DNA from: Moniliella sp. 'wahieum'
Lineage: Eukaryota
Direction: 5' to 3'
Length of the DNA stretch: 64,000 nt
Assembly: GCA_003971905.1 (NCBI GenBank)
Contig: RSEE01000007.1
Coordinates: 930,001-994,000 of the forward strand
The position numbers were made by a program, and so were the translations under genes. Positions 60,844-64,000 of this stretch are shown in pieces; the first letter of the stretch is position 1, and each line of letters begins with the position of its first letter. The notes under the pieces were generated by a model. The model worked only from the letters and a program-made list of their open reading frames with translations. It did not search any database and was not told the origin of the DNA.

Positions 60844-63425
60844 TGATGCGCGTAGCGGTCGCCCACAGATCGCTCAGTTGGACGAGATGCAAAGAAAAGT
60901 AGTGTGTGATGCATGGAGCACAAATGTCTGCCCCATCGCTGGTCAACTGTGGCGAAGCAGCGAATACGCGGCGGAACACGGGGCCATCGCCCCGCACACA
61001 AAGATACGATGCGAGGCTGCTTGCCCCTCTGAGATCTGACCGGCCACCATCGAGGTTGCATAAGCAGATCCAGGGACCATTGCCTTTTGCTTGAACATTG
61101 AAGCTGGAAGACTGATGGCACTGATGTCGTTGTGATCGCCGATAACAGACTTGACCTCACTCGCGTCCTTGACACGAGGATAGCTAGAGAGAGCCGAGAT
61201 GGCGCTGACATCCTGGATGCCAGAATAAATAAGGTTTCTGACATCAGCGACATCAAGGCCACGATGGATATCGATGACGTGTACACTATCAAAAAGGGGT
61301 CGGTAGTGAGCGTCCTCTTGTTTTTAGCGTCCGACCCTCCGACCTCGTCCTCCAGCAATCCGTCAGTCCAGTCGCGCGAGCCCTCCTCTGGCCGCGTCGA
61401 TTTCCAGTCTCTATCCAGTATCAGTTGAGGCAGTGTTTGTCCGCCGCCTCCTCCTCCCGTCCCTAAGTCCCGGACGCTTCAGACACGTTACTACGGCCCA
61501 AGCCGGTGCAGACGCAGCCTTGCCACACGAGCAGCCGCCCCCCAAAGGCCTCTCCTCGTCCCTAGCTCCGCTCGGATCCACCAACTAGCCCAGACACAAA
61601 CAACCGTCAGTCGATGATGTTCCATTCTCCAAAAAGGGACTGTGCCCTTAAAATCTGGGGCGAGCGCTCGAGTTGGGGACTACTCGCTACAGTTTCCCTC
61701 CGACGCTTATAGCTCTCCAGGTGTTAGAACAGTTGACGGAATGAGGCAAGTAGGTGTGTTAAGAAATGACGTTTCAGCCTCTCTGTGAATCGTTATTTGT
61801 TTACCAAGAGAAAGACACCATTCTTCGTATCAATATGGTACACACACTATTGGCCTGTCTTTTAGGTCAACTCTATACGCCATTTCTGATCTCCAAACGG
61901 AAGACATTCCCTTCTCTTCACAGTTTGTTCAACTTTTAGGCCCGGGGAGCTGACTTGGAAGAGGATGAAAGGACCTGGTCTTTCTTTTGTGAAGCGGAGG
62001 GTGTACGCTTTGTTTCGAAAGGAGCGGGTAGAAATATTGCCACTCTAAAGGGCTCAAATGCCAAGATGCACATGCGTTCACCGCCAATTCTAGAGTTTCA
62101 ACCCTGAATGTGGCGGCGGTTGCTCTTGTGCTTCTTTTTCCGTTCTACTTTTCGACACTCGCATGTCTTTTTGGACATAGCAGGAGGCGTGTTTTGTGGG
62201 GAAAATACCCTCCTATAGATGAGGTGATTTCTCGCGTTTCAAGCTGTATGGAAACCGTCTGCTGCAACAGAACTGTTTTGTGGCCCCAACAGACAGAATA
62301 TTAGTCTATACTATGTGTGGTGGTTCGACCGGCTATCCTTACCCCTCTGTTGGTCTACTCTCTCTCCTCTTCGCCCCTCTCGACTGTGCAGTTAATGTGG
62401 ACGACGATTGGTAGTTCAAGATAATGGTGGAGGCGAGAATTATGTGAATCGCGCCCAGCTCACAAGAATTACACGTCATGATGTACTGCCTCGACTCTGA
62501 CTAGTAGGCATTGGACGCTCTTACTAATCGAAAGCCATCTCAGCGGCACATTCCTGGGAAGTTCTGTAACAGTCGGACTAAACGAGAGGAGACCAAGGTC
62601 CTGTCAGAGGGGGGGAAAAGGCAAGATCGTTCGTGGGAGGAAACAGAAAGCATCAGGCAAAGAACAGAGGCAAAAGGGAAGGACGAGCAAGAGACCGGAT
62701 GCAGAATTGGAAATTGGAGCGTCGGAGCTTAGTCATTCGGTGACAAGTTCCACACCGGTGTGCCTGCGTCATTAACCACAGCGCGCAGGCCAGCCCCATT
62801 GAGAAAACTAGTAGCTTATTAGCCCTGCTCTATCACCACTCGCAGGATTTTGGTGCCCTCTTCGGAAAGAGAGCGGCCCGGAGGAGATCTGGGACACTGT
62901 CTCCTCCCCTGGTGTTAAGGCGCTGCACTTTCAATTCGTGTCCCCTTTATCCCATGCGACTCGTTCATCACGGATCTCTCAAGTGTTTTTCCTGCAACAC
63001 ATCCCTACATTCCTCTTTGCTTCTTATCCTGACGGTCTGAGTGCAACACTGCCATAGGTCAGCTAGCGGTTCGAGCGCGAGAGGTAATGAGATGACATTG
63101 TGAGAGCTAAGTAGTATATTGGCCTTTTCATACCCCGCAGACTCGTTGGAGCCCACTGGAGCAACTAGAGGGACGGGTTTTGGGACACAAGGGGCACACA
63201 AGTCCAGCCATGTCGCAGAGAAGAATGATGGGTTCTGTATCACTAGATCATGATCGCTGGCCAACATCCGACTGCTAGCCAATGTCTATTCTTCCATTGT
63301 CGTCGTTGCAACGGATCCCGTCGCCCGAACTACTGACAATTCACTGGACACAAGATTAGGTAGTTTACAATCCATTCAAGGGTACTTTTTTTTTCACCAC
63401 AATGCCGTAGCCTTAAAGGGCACGC

Positions 63426-64000
63426 TTAAAGCTGGTACGCCTTCTCGGCCGACACGCCGGCCAGGCCCTTGGCAGCCTGGCCCGTGCCAAAGCGCTTGAG
63501 GCGGATGGCCTGGACAGCAATGAAGCCGGTGGTCTGGTCGGGCTCAAAGCCACCCAACTCGTCCATGGAGGAGAACTTCTCGTCGTACAGCAGCTCGTCT
63601 GACGAACGGCCCTCAATCACCACGTTGCCCTTGTAGAGCTTGACACGCACCGTACCGTTCACCGTCTTCTGCGAGGCGGGAATGCAGGAGCGCACATACT
63701 CGCTCTCGGCGAGAAGAAGAACCCATAGTACAGGATCTCCGACAGCTTGGTCGTGACAATTTGGTCGCGAATGCGGCGCACCTCGCGGTCCAGCGTCAGA
63801 CCCTCAAGGTCAATGTGCGCCGCGCGAAGGATCGTCGCACCGGGCGACTCGTAGCACCCACGCGACTTGACACCAATAAACCGGTTCTCGACAATGTCCA
63901 CACGGCCCACACCGTGCTTACGCGCCAGCGCATTGAGCTTCAGGAAGATCTCCACACCGTCCGTGTAGGTCTTGCCAGTCGCCTTCTCGTGTACAGCAAC
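63426..64000 (-). CDS. ARG1: Argininosuccinate synthase (3' part; starts beyond the window end)
   Basis: HGVGRVDIVENRFIGVKSRGCYESPG...DLEGLTLDREV...LYYGFFFSP / VNGTVRVKLYKGNV...GRSS..LYD...SSMDELGGFEP..TTGFI. One frameshift near 63705. Confidence 0.95.

Noticed and set aside
61700..63300. Possible LTR or retroelement remnant (TGTTAG at ~61722, lower GC)
   Set aside because: No paired LTR, PBS/PPT or gag/pol motif could be identified by eye.

Overview
GC-rich eukaryotic DNA from an intron-containing fungus. The proteins and short GT..CTRAC..YAG introns suggest a basidiomycete; this is inference, with no search run. Bases 1-54.7 kb hold mainly housekeeping genes: SH3/RasGEF (CDC25-like, partial), mitochondrial S18, tricalbin, DHFR, ERG4, a Mug190-like SMP/C2 protein, LHS1/GRP170, a bromodomain+BAH RSC subunit, Rab8/SEC4, a beta-hydroxyacid dehydrogenase, a tandem-CCCH TTP/CTH protein, ERG25, RPL23, a GVP36-like BAR protein, the complex I 75-kDa subunit and SSN6/CYC8. 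There are also two intron-containing tRNAs (Asp-GTC, Gln-TTG). A gene-poor, repeat-rich stretch (55-63.4 kb) precedes the 3' part of ARG1. Many conserved genes have single-base frameshifts, most likely assembly indel errors, so CDS boundaries are approximate. The non-coding signals are more interesting. (1) Intergenic DNA carries a pervasive 7-bp pattern, TNA + 4-nt palindrome + TNA, using at least 12 different palindromic spacers, sometimes mixed in register. (2) A non-autonomous Helitron-like family has two copies, one with a triplicated 114-bp 5' end. (3) A TA-flanked MITE with ~100-bp TIRs lies between diverged direct repeats. (4) Two degenerate 9-bp-period GAY-NNN-NNN tracts are present.
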